A stretch of DNA of 64,000 bases from an uncultured Muribaculaceae bacterium (GTDB taxonomy: Bacteria > Bacillota_I > Bacilli_A > RF39 > UBA660): positions 4,329-68,328 of the forward strand of contig CAZRJK010000007.1 in assembly GCA_964600615.1 (NCBI GenBank). The letters run 5' to 3'. Positions 47,272-56,923 of the stretch are shown here, piece after piece. A program made the translations under genes and the position numbers. How positions within the stretch are numbered: the stretch's first letter is position 1; every line of letters starts with the position of its first letter. Below the pieces are notes generated by a model. That model was not told the DNA's origin. It made no database searches and saw only the letters and a list, made by a program, of their open reading frames with translations.

Positions 47272-47871
47272 TTAAATAAGGTTCTCACTATCCATAATAC
47301 TATCGATTTTATCTAATATTTCCTGTCTACCAATTTTGTTAACAGTAGAAAATAAAATTAAATCATCACTACTTTGCATATTTAAAGTATCTACAATATT
47401 TTTTTTATTTTTATCATAATTATTCTTAGAAACCTTATCGCACTTAGTAGCAACTATCGTAACAGGAATATTATAATATTTCAAATAATTATACATAAGA
47501 ACATCATCTTCAGTAGGTTTATGCCTAAAATCTATAATCATAAACACATTACTAAGATTCTCTCTATTTCTCAAATATTCCTCTATAATCATTCCAAACT
47601 TATTCTTTAAACTCTTACTTACCTTGGCAAAACCATATCCAGGAACATCCACTAAATAAAAATCCTCATTAACTAAATAAAAATTTAAAGTTTGCGTCTT
47701 TCCAGGAATAGCACTAGTCCTAGCCATGTTTTTCCTATTAACAATAGTATTAATAAAACTACTCTTACCTACATTACTTCTACCAACTAATAAAAACTCT
47801 ATCTTTCCATCAGTAGGATATTGACTTTCCCTAACAGCAGAAGTCATGTATTTAACACTATTAATTTTCAT
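47272..47871 (-). CDS. engB: Ribosome biogenesis GTPase EngB/YsxC
   Basis: GRSNVGKSSFIN, DVPGYGFAKVSK, ATKCDK. Confidence 0.9.
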   Translation of the reverse strand: MKINSVKYMTSAVRESQYPTDGKIEFLLVGRSNVGKSSFINTIVNRKNMARTSAIPGKTQTLNFYLVNEDFYLVDVPGYGFAKVSKSLKNKFGMIIEEYLRNRENLSNVFMIIDFRHKPTEDDVLMYNYLKYYNIPVTIVATKCDKVSKNNYDKNKKNIVDTLNMQSSDDLILFSTVNKIGRQEILDKIDSIMDSENLI

Positions 47872-47907
47872 AATTTCTCTCCTTAGTCAGTATATTATAA
47901 CAAATAA

Positions 47908-49044
47908 TTAACTATTAAGCAAATTTTTGTTATTACCTATCTTTATCTTTAACTTATTCTCTAATATATTCTCTATCTCACTAGTAGTATTCTCTTTAAC
48001 TAAATCAAAAAATAAATATATAAAATCCATGATCATATCTCTAATATTCTTATCTAATCCCTTAGTCTCTCTAATAATAGAAAATATTAGTTTTTTATTA
48101 TTAATAATATCCAATATATCAACAACCTTAGCCTTATCAAATATTAAAAATAATTCTCTAACAAAAACCTCTTTCTCATTATCATTATATTTATCTAACC
48201 ATTTAGATACAGTCTTATCCAATAACTTACTATATCCACTAAGCTTAGTAATATATAATTTATCATCATCAAATACCCAGTTAGCCAAATTATGAGCATA
48301 TAAACCTCTCTTTAAAGATTTAACTACTTTATAATCATTATTATGACAAAGAAGTAATCCCACAACTGAATAATTAGGAATAATATAAACTAATTTCTTC
48401 TCTATATTTTTATACCTATCACTATTGTATATATCTTCCCTAAACCCAGGCCCATCATTATTATAAATTTTTATAATCTTATTCTTAACAAATATATTAG
48501 CATACATACCAGCTACCATAGCAAGATTACCACCCTTAGAATGACCACCTAATATAATTTTCTTATTAATAAATATAAACTTATTCATATATTTCATAGC
48601 CAAACTCTGAGATAGTACCGGAAACATATAACTCATCATAAAATCTTCTTTCCAACCACTAACAAGCTGATCAGTACCCTCAAAAGAAACATATATTAAA
48701 TGTTTATTTATCTCAATAGTAATAGCTCCAAACTGCTCATCATTATCCCCAACATAAGAATAATTATATAATAATAAATCCTTATATCTCTTAGTATCCT
48801 TAATATATCTTAATACCTTAATACCTACCTTAGTAGCAGTAATATTCTTAGATTTCTTATCATATTCCTTAAAAAAAGCTTCTCCTACTTCACCAATAGT
48901 CTTCTTATTAAAACTATTCTTACTAACAATACCCTCTAAATCAATATAACTTAAAGCAGCAAAAACCAAATTATCAGCATCATTAAACTCTCTCTCTAAA
49001 AAAGAATAATTACCATACTTATCTATATATCTAAAAATATTCAT
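47908..49044 (-). CDS. DUF2974 (Mbeg1-like) alpha/beta-hydrolase-fold protein
   Basis: Lipase-type nucleophile elbow GGHSKGGNLA. The N-terminal pattern FAALSYIDLEG is typical of the family. Confidence 0.6.
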   Translation of the reverse strand: MNIFRYIDKYGNYSFLEREFNDADNLVFAALSYIDLEGIVSKNSFNKKTIGEVGEAFFKEYDKKSKNITATKVGIKVLRYIKDTKRYKDLLLYNYSYVGDNDEQFGAITIEINKHLIYVSFEGTDQLVSGWKEDFMMSYMFPVLSQSLAMKYMNKFIFINKKIILGGHSKGGNLAMVAGMYANIFVKNKIIKIYNNDGPGFREDIYNSDRYKNIEKKLVYIIPNYSVVGLLLCHNNDYKVVKSLKRGLYAHNLANWVFDDDKLYITKLSGYSKLLDKTVSKWLDKYNDNEKEVFVRELFLIFDKAKVVDILDIINNKKLIFSIIRETKGLDKNIRDMIMDFIYLFFDLVKENTTSEIENILENKLKIKIGNNKNLLNS

Positions 49045-49126
49045 ACTATCATTCCTTAAAATAATTATATCAAATCATAATAAATATTACCATAAAAAAA
49101 TATCCACATAAATGTGGATATGTAAA

Positions 49127-49828
49127 CTAATTTCTTCTACTTCTACCTAATGCCATAACGAATAATCTTAATAATTGGAATAAAGTATTAATAACAGAAG
49201 CTACATAAGTTAAAGCAGCAGCTGTAAGCATTTTACTAATACCATTTTCTGTTTCTTTATTACCAAGACTAAGAATATCTATTTGTTTTTTTGCTCTATT
49301 AGAAGCATTAAATTCAACAGGTAAAGTAACTAATTGAAATAATAATGTAGCTCCCAATAGTATTAAACCAATTATAGATAGATTAAAGAAACCAAGTAAC
49401 AAACCTATCGTAATAACGAAATATCCTAATCTATCACATAAATTAACTACAGGAACTAAACTACTTCTAAATTTTAAAGGAGCATAACCTACTTTATCTT
49501 GAATAGCATGACCACATTCATGAGCTGCTACTGCCATAGCAGCTACACTAGTGCCACTATATATATCAGTAGATAATCTAACTACTTTGTCCCTAGGATC
49601 ATAATGATCAGTTAATTCTCCACTAACTTGCTCAATTCTAACTTTCTTTAAATCATTAGCATCTAATATACGTCTAGCAACATCACAACCCTTAGTTTTA
49701 CTACTATTACTAATTTTCTTATATTTAGAATAATTTCCCTTAACTAATAATTGAGCCCCCATTGTAATAGCAAAACCTATTAAAACAAAAATATAACCAG
49801 CAGCATATGACAAATCTGAACTATACAT
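49127..49828 (-). CDS. Membrane zinc metallopeptidase (Zn_peptidase_2/YpfJ-like)
   Basis: HECGHAIQ motif, flanking TM segments and family-typical length of about 230 aa. Confidence 0.8.
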   Translation of the reverse strand: MYSSDLSYAAGYIFVLIGFAITMGAQLLVKGNYSKYKKISNSSKTKGCDVARRILDANDLKKVRIEQVSGELTDHYDPRDKVVRLSTDIYSGTSVAAMAVAAHECGHAIQDKVGYAPLKFRSSLVPVVNLCDRLGYFVITIGLLLGFFNLSIIGLILLGATLLFQLVTLPVEFNASNRAKKQIDILSLGNKETENGISKMLTAAALTYVASVINTLFQLLRLFVMALGRSRRN

Positions 49829-49845
49829 AATATTCCTCCAATCGT

Positions 49846-51300
49846 TTATTTTTTAATTTTTAAATTTCCATTAATATAATCAATAGACAAATTAACAATA
49901 TCATCAACAAATATTACTTCTGGTTGCCCAGCAAAATCATAAGCTAAAAAACAATCTCTATCATCATATTTAGCATATTTCATTATTTTTTTATTAGAAT
50001 TAACAAGTTGTATTATATATTCATAAACCTCTTCCTTTGATAATCCTTCTTCAAATTTTTTATCTATCAAAGAAAATAAATACATAGCAATACCTTCAAC
50101 AAAAGAAAGAGCATCACTCTCAGATTGATTATAACAACAAAACAATTCATTATCACCAATAACAACAGTTTGATAACAATCAGACAATTTATTATCTTTC
50201 ATTTTTTCAATTAAATAATCAACACCATTATTAATAAAATCAGAATAAGTACAATTATTGCTATTAATGATAAGATTAAAATAAAAATTCAATCCATCAT
50301 ATCCAGTTCCAAATTTACAATCTTTTTTCTTATTTAAAGCTTTACTAGCCAAAAAATCAGCCGTTGCTTCATTAAAAGAATCTCCTAATTTTCCAATATG
50401 ATTTAAATCACCATTTGTATCTATAACAACATAAAAAGGATTATTTGAACAATATATTATTTTATTTTTGTCATTAATAAATGCTGCCTGCGAACCATGA
50501 CCTATTATTTCATGAAACAAAACAAAATCAAAAGTCTGATCATTAATCATATCTTTATTAATAGCAACTTTAGCATCATTACAATTAAAAGTAGCCGCTT
50601 CATAATTATTAAAATTACTTCTATCACAATATTCAATATCTAATTTTTGAATATTATAATACAAAGGATATAAATTATATTTCATATCACTATTTTTTAA
50701 ATTGTTTATACCAGATAAAAGCTTTACTTCTATTTCATCAGTAATATTTTTGTTATCTTTTATAGCTTTAATTACATCATCCCAAGTAATTTCTTCGTAC
50801 TTAATATAATTAGATAATTCATTAGGAGTACAAGAAACATCATAAGAACAATCTTCTAAAAAGCTTTTAGAAATTCCTAACTTATTATCCTCAGAAAGTT
50901 TACTATTATCTATACTATTAATATAATACATATCTGTATCATCAATATTAGTTGAAATTTCAATTCCATTATCACTAAAAACATCTAAAGCTCCACTTTT
51001 ACCATTAGCACAACCTGACATAGATAGCATTATATTAATAGCTAAAACTAAAGGTACCAACTTCTTTCCTATTTTAACCATAGGATTTATATCAACTGTA
51101 TCCCCAATACGTACAGCTTTATTATTTGATAAACTATTTTTAATAACATAATTCTTAATTTCTAAGTATTCTTCTAAAGATAGTGGTAGTAAATTATTAT
51201 TCTCATCTAATATAGCATAATACCTATCTAACCTTTTATTAATTAATACACAATAGTTTTTATTCTTATAATTTATAGACCCTATTACTCTTAATTTCAT
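49846..51300 (-). CDS. Hypothetical membrane-anchored protein with HExxH motif
   Basis: Cytoplasmic N-domain, a TM/lipobox-like segment (LAINIMLSMSGCANG) and an extracytoplasmic domain with LFHEIIGHGSQ. Start set at ATG 51300 after AGGTG. Confidence 0.5.
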   Translation of the reverse strand: MKLRVIGSINYKNKNYCVLINKRLDRYYAILDENNNLLPLSLEEYLEIKNYVIKNSLSNNKAVRIGDTVDINPMVKIGKKLVPLVLAINIMLSMSGCANGKSGALDVFSDNGIEISTNIDDTDMYYINSIDNSKLSEDNKLGISKSFLEDCSYDVSCTPNELSNYIKYEEITWDDVIKAIKDNKNITDEIEVKLLSGINNLKNSDMKYNLYPLYYNIQKLDIEYCDRSNFNNYEAATFNCNDAKVAINKDMINDQTFDFVLFHEIIGHGSQAAFINDKNKIIYCSNNPFYVVIDTNGDLNHIGKLGDSFNEATADFLASKALNKKKDCKFGTGYDGLNFYFNLIINSNNCTYSDFINNGVDYLIEKMKDNKLSDCYQTVVIGDNELFCCYNQSESDALSFVEGIAMYLFSLIDKKFEEGLSKEEVYEYIIQLVNSNKKIMKYAKYDDRDCFLAYDFAGQPEVIFVDDIVNLSIDYINGNLKIKK

Positions 51301-51309
51301 AAAAAACAC

Positions 51310-52710
51310 CTACTTAACTATTTCAAAAATAGTTCCTTCTCTAGTATCTTTAATAATAATTCCCTTATTACTTAACTCTTCTCTGATACTATCAGCTTTA
51401 TCATATTCTTTATTTTTCTTATATTCATTTCTTTTATCTATCATTTCTTTTATATAATCTTCTAATTCGCTATCTATTTCATTATCATTATTCTCTAATA
51501 GATTCAATGATAACACCTTATCTATATCTTCAATGATTTTAATCTTAGTCTTACCATTAACATCATTATCCTTAAGTAATTCATATAAAATAGTTAAACA
51601 CATAGAAGTATTTAAATCATTGTCCAAAGACTCTTTAAATTTATTAACATATTTATCAAATATATCTTTATTAAAATCTCCTTCATCTTTAATAGATTTA
51701 ATTCTACTCTTTAACTTATTATATTCATTTTGAGCACCATCTAATATATCATAAGTAAAAGTTAAAACATTATGATAATAACTATTTAAACATAAATAAC
51801 GATATGCTAAAGGATCATATCCTTTTTCAATAAGTAAAGAAACCGTTAAAAATTCTCCACTACTCTTACTCATCTTACCATTCTTATCATTTAAGAACCC
51901 TAAATGAACCCAATAATTACACCATTTATGACCTAAATAAGCCTCACTTTGAGCAATCTCATTAGTATGATGAGGAAATATAGCATCTTCAGCCCCACAG
52001 TGAATATCCAATCTTTCACCCAAATATTTAATACTAATACCAGAACACTCTATATGCCATCCAGGATAACCTCTTCCCCAAGGACTATCCCATTGTAATT
52101 CTTGATTATTAAATTTAGAATTAGTAAACCACAAACCAAAATCAAAAGGATTATGCTTAGAATTATCTTCACTAATATCTTCCCTAACAGCAACCAATAA
52201 ATCATCAGCATTTCTACCAGATAACTCATAATAATTAGGAAATTTAGTAGTATCAAAATAAACATTACCATTCTCAATATAAGCATACCCATCATCCAAT
52301 AACTTACTAATTATCTTAATATATTCATCTATATTATCAGTAGCAGGACTCACTATATCTGGCCATCTAATATTAAGTTTTTCACAATCACTTTTAAAAA
52401 CTTCTGTATAAAACTTAGCAATCTCTAAAGAAGACTTATGCTCCCTCTTAGAAGCAACTAACATCTTATCCTCCCCAGAATCTCCATCACCAACTAAATG
52501 TCCTACATCAGTAATATTCATAACTCTAGTAACATCATATCCTAAATATTTAAAGCTTTTTTCTAATATATCCTCAGATATATATGTTCTCAAATTACCA
52601 ATATGTGCATAATGATAAACAGTAGGTCCACAAGTATACATCTTAACTTTTCCCTCTTCAATAGGAATAAACTCTTCTACTCCCTTGCTTAAAGTATTAT
52701 ACAATTTCAT
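51310..52710 (-). CDS. cysS: Cysteinyl-tRNA synthetase
   Basis: MYTCGPTVYHYAHIGNLRTY (HIGH), KMSKSSGEF (KMSKS) and a C-terminal DALR-2 region. Confidence 0.95.
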   Translation of the reverse strand: MKLYNTLSKGVEEFIPIEEGKVKMYTCGPTVYHYAHIGNLRTYISEDILEKSFKYLGYDVTRVMNITDVGHLVGDGDSGEDKMLVASKREHKSSLEIAKFYTEVFKSDCEKLNIRWPDIVSPATDNIDEYIKIISKLLDDGYAYIENGNVYFDTTKFPNYYELSGRNADDLLVAVREDISEDNSKHNPFDFGLWFTNSKFNNQELQWDSPWGRGYPGWHIECSGISIKYLGERLDIHCGAEDAIFPHHTNEIAQSEAYLGHKWCNYWVHLGFLNDKNGKMSKSSGEFLTVSLLIEKGYDPLAYRYLCLNSYYHNVLTFTYDILDGAQNEYNKLKSRIKSIKDEGDFNKDIFDKYVNKFKESLDNDLNTSMCLTILYELLKDNDVNGKTKIKIIEDIDKVLSLNLLENNDNEIDSELEDYIKEMIDKRNEYKKNKEYDKADSIREELSNKGIIIKDTREGTIFEIVK

Positions 52711-52769
52711 ATAATCACCACTCTATAAATTATATTATTTCCTTCAAAAATAATTATATATTATCTGAC

Positions 52770-52807
52770 ATAAAAAAGCAAATAAAAACACTGAATAAAT
52801 CAGTGTT
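52770..52807 (-). terminator. Intrinsic terminator after the HIT gene
   Basis: AACACTGA-tttat-TCAGTGTT hairpin followed by a T-rich run on the minus-strand transcript. It overlaps the stop codon by 2 nt. Confidence 0.6.
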
Positions 52808-53168
52808 ATTTATGCATAAGAACCTTATATATTTCTTCTGGACTTGCTATATCCTCATACTTATACCTAGGTATAACATGCAAATGTATATGTTTAACCT
52901 CCTGAGCAATACCATAATTAATCTCAAAAGTAGCCCCATTACTATGTAATTTATCTTCTATCATTTTATTAATATCCTTAGCAACATCCCACATATGAGA
53001 TAAAGTTTCCTTATCAATATCATACAAATCATCATAATGCTTTTTAGGTATAATTAAAGAATGCCCATTACTTCTAGGATTAACATCCAATATAACAATA
53101 ACTTTACTATCCTCATATATTTTATTACTAGGAATTTCTCCATTTAATATCTTACAAAATATATCCAT
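52806..53168 (-). CDS. HIT-family nucleotide hydrolase (120 aa)
   Basis: MDIFCKILNGEIPSNKIYED... and the histidine triad HIHLHVIP. The track ORF (to 53426) carries an implausible hydrophobic 86-aa extension. Start set at ATG 53168. Confidence 0.85.
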   Translation of the reverse strand: MDIFCKILNGEIPSNKIYEDSKVIVILDVNPRSNGHSLIIPKKHYDDLYDIDKETLSHMWDVAKDINKMIEDKLHSNGATFEINYGIAQEVKHIHLHVIPRYKYEDIASPEEIYKVLMHK

Positions 53169-53337
53169 TTTATCATCTCCATAAAAATTATAAAATAAAT
53201 AAAAATAAAAATCAATCATAAAGATTGATTTAGTGAATATCTGCGAATATCCAATACTATTATGTAAACAAAAAATAAATATTATACACAAACTATATTT
53301 ATTATAGTATAATTTATTTAAAGAAAGGATTGATATA

Positions 53338-54240
53338 ATGAATAAAGATTTAACCTTAGTTATAATGGCAGCTGGAATGGGAAGCAGATTTGGAGGACTA
53401 AAACAAATAGAACCAATAGGTCCCAATAAAGAATTCTTAATAGATTATTCAATCTATGATGCCATTAAAGCCGGATTCACTAAAGTAGTATTTATAATCA
53501 AAAAAGAAAATGAAGAAATATTTAAATCAACCATAGGTTCAAGAGTAGAAGGCCATATACCAGTATCATATGTCTTCCAAGAAATGACAACTTTACCAAT
53601 AGAAAAAGATCTAAAAGACAGAATTAAACCACTAGGAACAGGACATGCTATATATTGTTGTAAAGACATAGTAACAACCCCATTTGCAATCATCAATGCT
53701 GATGATTTTTATGGGAGAGATGCTTTCATACAAATAGCAGACTTTTTAAGAAAAGAAGAAGAAAATTGTTACGGATTAGTAGGATATAGAGTAGCAAACA
53801 CCTTAACAGAAAATGGAAGTGTAAAAAGAGGAATATGTTATGCGGAAAATGATTACCTAACTTATATAGTAGAATCAAGTATTGAAAAGAAAGACAATAA
53901 AATAATTGCCTCTCCATTAAATGGAAAAGAACCATTTGAAGTATTTGATGATACTTTAGTATCAATGAATATGCTAGGTTTTACACCTAAAATATTTGAT
54001 TATTTAGAAAAAGAATTAATAGAATTTTTAAATAATCCTAATACTAACTTAGAAAAAGATGAATTCTTAATTCCAGAAGTACTGCAAACCTCTATAACAG
54101 AAGACAATAAACAAGTAAGAGTTCTAAATACAAATGCTGTATGGTATGGAGTAACTTATAAAGAAGATAAAGATTATGTAGTAAAAGGGATTCAAAACCT
54201 AATAGATAATGGAACATATCCAAATAATCTATGGAATTAA
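53338..54240 (+). CDS. Sugar-phosphate nucleotidyltransferase (NTP_transferase family)
   Basis: LVIMAAGMGSRFGGLKQ pyrophosphorylase signature and LGTGHA. Substrate not assignable from sequence alone. Confidence 0.7.
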   Translation: MNKDLTLVIMAAGMGSRFGGLKQIEPIGPNKEFLIDYSIYDAIKAGFTKVVFIIKKENEEIFKSTIGSRVEGHIPVSYVFQEMTTLPIEKDLKDRIKPLGTGHAIYCCKDIVTTPFAIINADDFYGRDAFIQIADFLRKEEENCYGLVGYRVANTLTENGSVKRGICYAENDYLTYIVESSIEKKDNKIIASPLNGKEPFEVFDDTLVSMNMLGFTPKIFDYLEKELIEFLNNPNTNLEKDEFLIPEVLQTSITEDNKQVRVLNTNAVWYGVTYKEDKDYVVKGIQNLIDNGTYPNNLWN

Positions 54241-54340
54241 CTATAAAGAAAAAATAATAAAATAAAAGAAAGCATAGTAACAAATCTATACTTTCTTTTT
54301 ATTTTTTCTTACTAATGATAATATATAATTAGGTGATAAT

Positions 54341-55030
54341 ATGAAATATATAATAAAATTACTAAAGTCATTAAAGATATTACTACTATTACTTGTCCCA
54401 TACTTAATAACAATTACCTCCACTTATATATATGTAAAGATAACTAACAATACTATTAAAAACTTCATAAACAATTACCTTATATATATAACAATTATAA
54501 CTTATATAATAATGATAATATATCTAATAAAAAAATATAAAATAAAATATAAAAAACTATCTCTCTCTCTATATTATTCATACTTATCTCTTGGAATATC
54601 TATCTCTTGTATTCTAAATATGGTTATATTCCTCTTTTCTAAATCAGAAACAAATATAAATATCAATGTATTTCTTCTTTTTATCTCATCATCTATTATT
54701 GGCCCTATATTTGAAGAAATAATATTTAGATATTTATTTTACAACAAATTAAAAGAATTTAATTCAGTTAAAATATCAATTGTTATAACTACTCTATTTT
54801 TCTCAATAATTCATATAAATATAATAAAAATATGTTATGCTTTTATTTTGGGACTAATAGTAAATATAAAATATGAAAAAACAAATAATATCTTGTCTCC
54901 TATCTTAATTCATATAGGAGCTAATACTATATCTTTATTTTTAGATAACTACTCATCTAATATCTTATTACTAGCCATTCTATTACTTATAACAGCCATA
55001 AAAGTAGATAATACCATTCTTGACAAATAA
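54341..55030 (+). CDS. CPBP-family intramembrane glutamic endopeptidase (CAAX protease-like)
   Basis: Multi-TM protein with motifs EEIIFRY and FSIIH...HIGAN. Confidence 0.75.
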   Translation: MKYIIKLLKSLKILLLLLVPYLITITSTYIYVKITNNTIKNFINNYLIYITIITYIIMIIYLIKKYKIKYKKLSLSLYYSYLSLGISISCILNMVIFLFSKSETNININVFLLFISSSIIGPIFEEIIFRYLFYNKLKEFNSVKISIVITTLFFSIIHINIIKICYAFILGLIVNIKYEKTNNILSPILIHIGANTISLFLDNYSSNILLLAILLLITAIKVDNTILDK

Positions 55031-55163
55031 ATATAACTATAATATAATTTAAACAGTAAAAAAAGGAATCAATTATCCTTTAAAAACTATTATCTACTAA
55101 AAATTTTAGTAGTAATTTGTCCCTAAGGATAAATTATTACTTTTTATTTATAAGGAGGATACT

Positions 55164-55460
55164 ATGCAAAAATTTACAAAAGAAATGGTTGATGATTATG
55201 CCAATAAATTATTAATAGGCTTAACTGAAGAAGAGAATAAAATGGTATTAGATGAATTCGCAATAATAGATGAAAATATTGATCTAATAAACAAAATACC
55301 AGACATTGAAAAAATAGAACCAATGACTCACCCTCTAGATGACTTTATTTGTGAATTAAGAGAAGATAACTATGAAGAATCAATAACTATTGAAGATGCT
55401 CTATCAAATTGTGATGACAAAGAAGATAGAGAAGTATCTGTACCAAAGGTGGTGGGATAA
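55164..55460 (+). CDS. gatC: Asp/Glu-tRNA amidotransferase subunit C
   Basis: 98 aa with DLINKIPDIEKIEPMTHPL. Followed by gatA with a TAATG overlap. Confidence 0.85.
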   Translation: MQKFTKEMVDDYANKLLIGLTEEENKMVLDEFAIIDENIDLINKIPDIEKIEPMTHPLDDFICELREDNYEESITIEDALSNCDDKEDREVSVPKVVG

Positions 55461-56923
55461 TGAAATATATGGATAAAACAATAGAAGACTTACACGAATT
55501 ATTAGCTAGTAACAAAATAACAAGCCAAGAATTGATTAAAGAATCATTAGAATTATCTCATAAATTACAAGAAGAATGTAATGCTTTTGTAACTATCCTA
55601 GATGATGCCAAACCCCAAGAAGTAACAGATAATTTATTATCTGGTATCCCCTATGGAATAAAAGATAATTATTCTACTAAAGGAATATTATCAACAGGCT
55701 CATCAAATACCTTAAAAGACTATATTCCATTTTTTACAGCAACGGCCATTGAAAATCTAACAAAAGCTGGAGCAATACCAGTAAATAAAACAGTAATGGA
55801 TGAATTTGGTATGGGGGGGACAGGAACGACAGGACATACCGGAATAGTAAAAAATCCTTGGGATCAAACCAGAATGTGTGCAGGATCTTCAGCAGGTTCT
55901 GCGGCAGCCGTAGCAGCAGGAGTATATCCTTATGCCACAGGATCTGATACTGGAGATTCAATTAGAAAGCCAGCAGCATATTGTGGAATAGTAGGATATA
56001 AACCAACCTATGGAATGATATCAAGATATGGATTATTTCCTTTTGCTTCATCTCTAGATCATTGTGGAGTATTAACAAGAACAGTTAAAGATGCAGCCAT
56101 TGTCGTAGATAACATGAAAGGAATAGATCCTAAAGATATGACTTCTTGGGATTCAAAAGATATCCACCTATATAAATCAATAGATGGTAAAGTAAAAGGT
56201 AAAAAATTATGTTATATAAAAGAACTATGTAATATAGAAATGTATCCAGAAGCTAATAAAGAATTAAAAGAGCATTTAAATAATTTTCATAAAGTTTTAG
56301 AATTATGTAAAGAACTAGGAATGATAGTTGAAGAGGTATCAGTAGATCAAGCATTATTAAATGCTCAATACTCTGCTTATAATGTAATATCATGTGCTGA
56401 AGCAACATCTAATATGTCTAATTTAACAGGATTAATCTTTGGACCACGTGGAGAAGGAAAAAATTTTGAAGAATTAATGAAAGATTATCGTACTAAAAAC
56501 TTCTCTCCATTAATTAAAAGAAGATTTATAATAGGTTCCTATGTCTTACAAGCTGAAAACAAAGATAGATATTTTCATAACGCCGCTAGAGTAAGAAGAC
56601 TATTAGTAGATACTTGGAAAAATTTATTTAAAGAATATGATGCAGTAATATTACCAGTAGGAAGTGGACCAGCAAAATACCTAGATAAATCAAAAGATGT
56701 AATAAATAGAGATACAACACCATTAGAAGAACATTTGCAAATTGGTAATTTTGGAGGCTTTCCATCAATAACTATACCAGATGGTTTCATAAATGAATTA
56801 CCGGTAGCATTAAATATAACAGGTAATTGCTATGATGATATAAATGTCTTAAATATCGCCTATGCTATAGAAAGCAAAATGCCATACAAGAATCAAATAG
56901 CAGGAGGTGTTAATAATGACTAA
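55460..56923 (+). CDS. gatA: Asp/Glu-tRNA amidotransferase subunit A
   Basis: Amidase signature GGSSAGSAAAVAAG-type (CAGSSAGSAAAVAAG) and GSDTGDSIRKPAAYCG. Confidence 0.95.
   Translation: MKYMDKTIEDLHELLASNKITSQELIKESLELSHKLQEECNAFVTILDDAKPQEVTDNLLSGIPYGIKDNYSTKGILSTGSSNTLKDYIPFFTATAIENLTKAGAIPVNKTVMDEFGMGGTGTTGHTGIVKNPWDQTRMCAGSSAGSAAAVAAGVYPYATGSDTGDSIRKPAAYCGIVGYKPTYGMISRYGLFPFASSLDHCGVLTRTVKDAAIVVDNMKGIDPKDMTSWDSKDIHLYKSIDGKVKGKKLCYIKELCNIEMYPEANKELKEHLNNFHKVLELCKELGMIVEEVSVDQALLNAQYSAYNVISCAEATSNMSNLTGLIFGPRGEGKNFEELMKDYRTKNFSPLIKRRFIIGSYVLQAENKDRYFHNAARVRRLLVDTWKNLFKEYDAVILPVGSGPAKYLDKSKDVINRDTTPLEEHLQIGNFGGFPSITIPDGFINELPVALNITGNCYDDINVLNIAYAIESKMPYKNQIAGGVNND

Noticed and set aside
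52711-52805. Possible T-box leader upstream of cysS (and of metG), and a preQ1 riboswitch upstream of the VUT-like genes (39968-40056).
   Set aside because: The cysS spacer is only about 95 nt and is largely occupied by the HIT-gene terminator. The metG start overlaps dut. The leader of the VUT-like genes is about 20 nt after a TGATATAAT -10 element. None has room for these elements or their conserved boxes.
52806-53426. Long N-terminal extensions in the track ORFs for HIT (206 aa), ComK-like (192 aa), DnaA (476 aa), Mfd, HU and the PBP.
   Set aside because: In each case an internal ATG with a strong Shine-Dalgarno sequence matches the family's normal N-terminus. The extensions are hydrophobic junk running through promoter regions.
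56444-56451. CCACGTGG core inside gatA, resembling the centre of parS.
   Set aside because: The flanks (TTTGGA...AGAAGG) do not match TGTT...AACA. It is just a coding PRG codon context.
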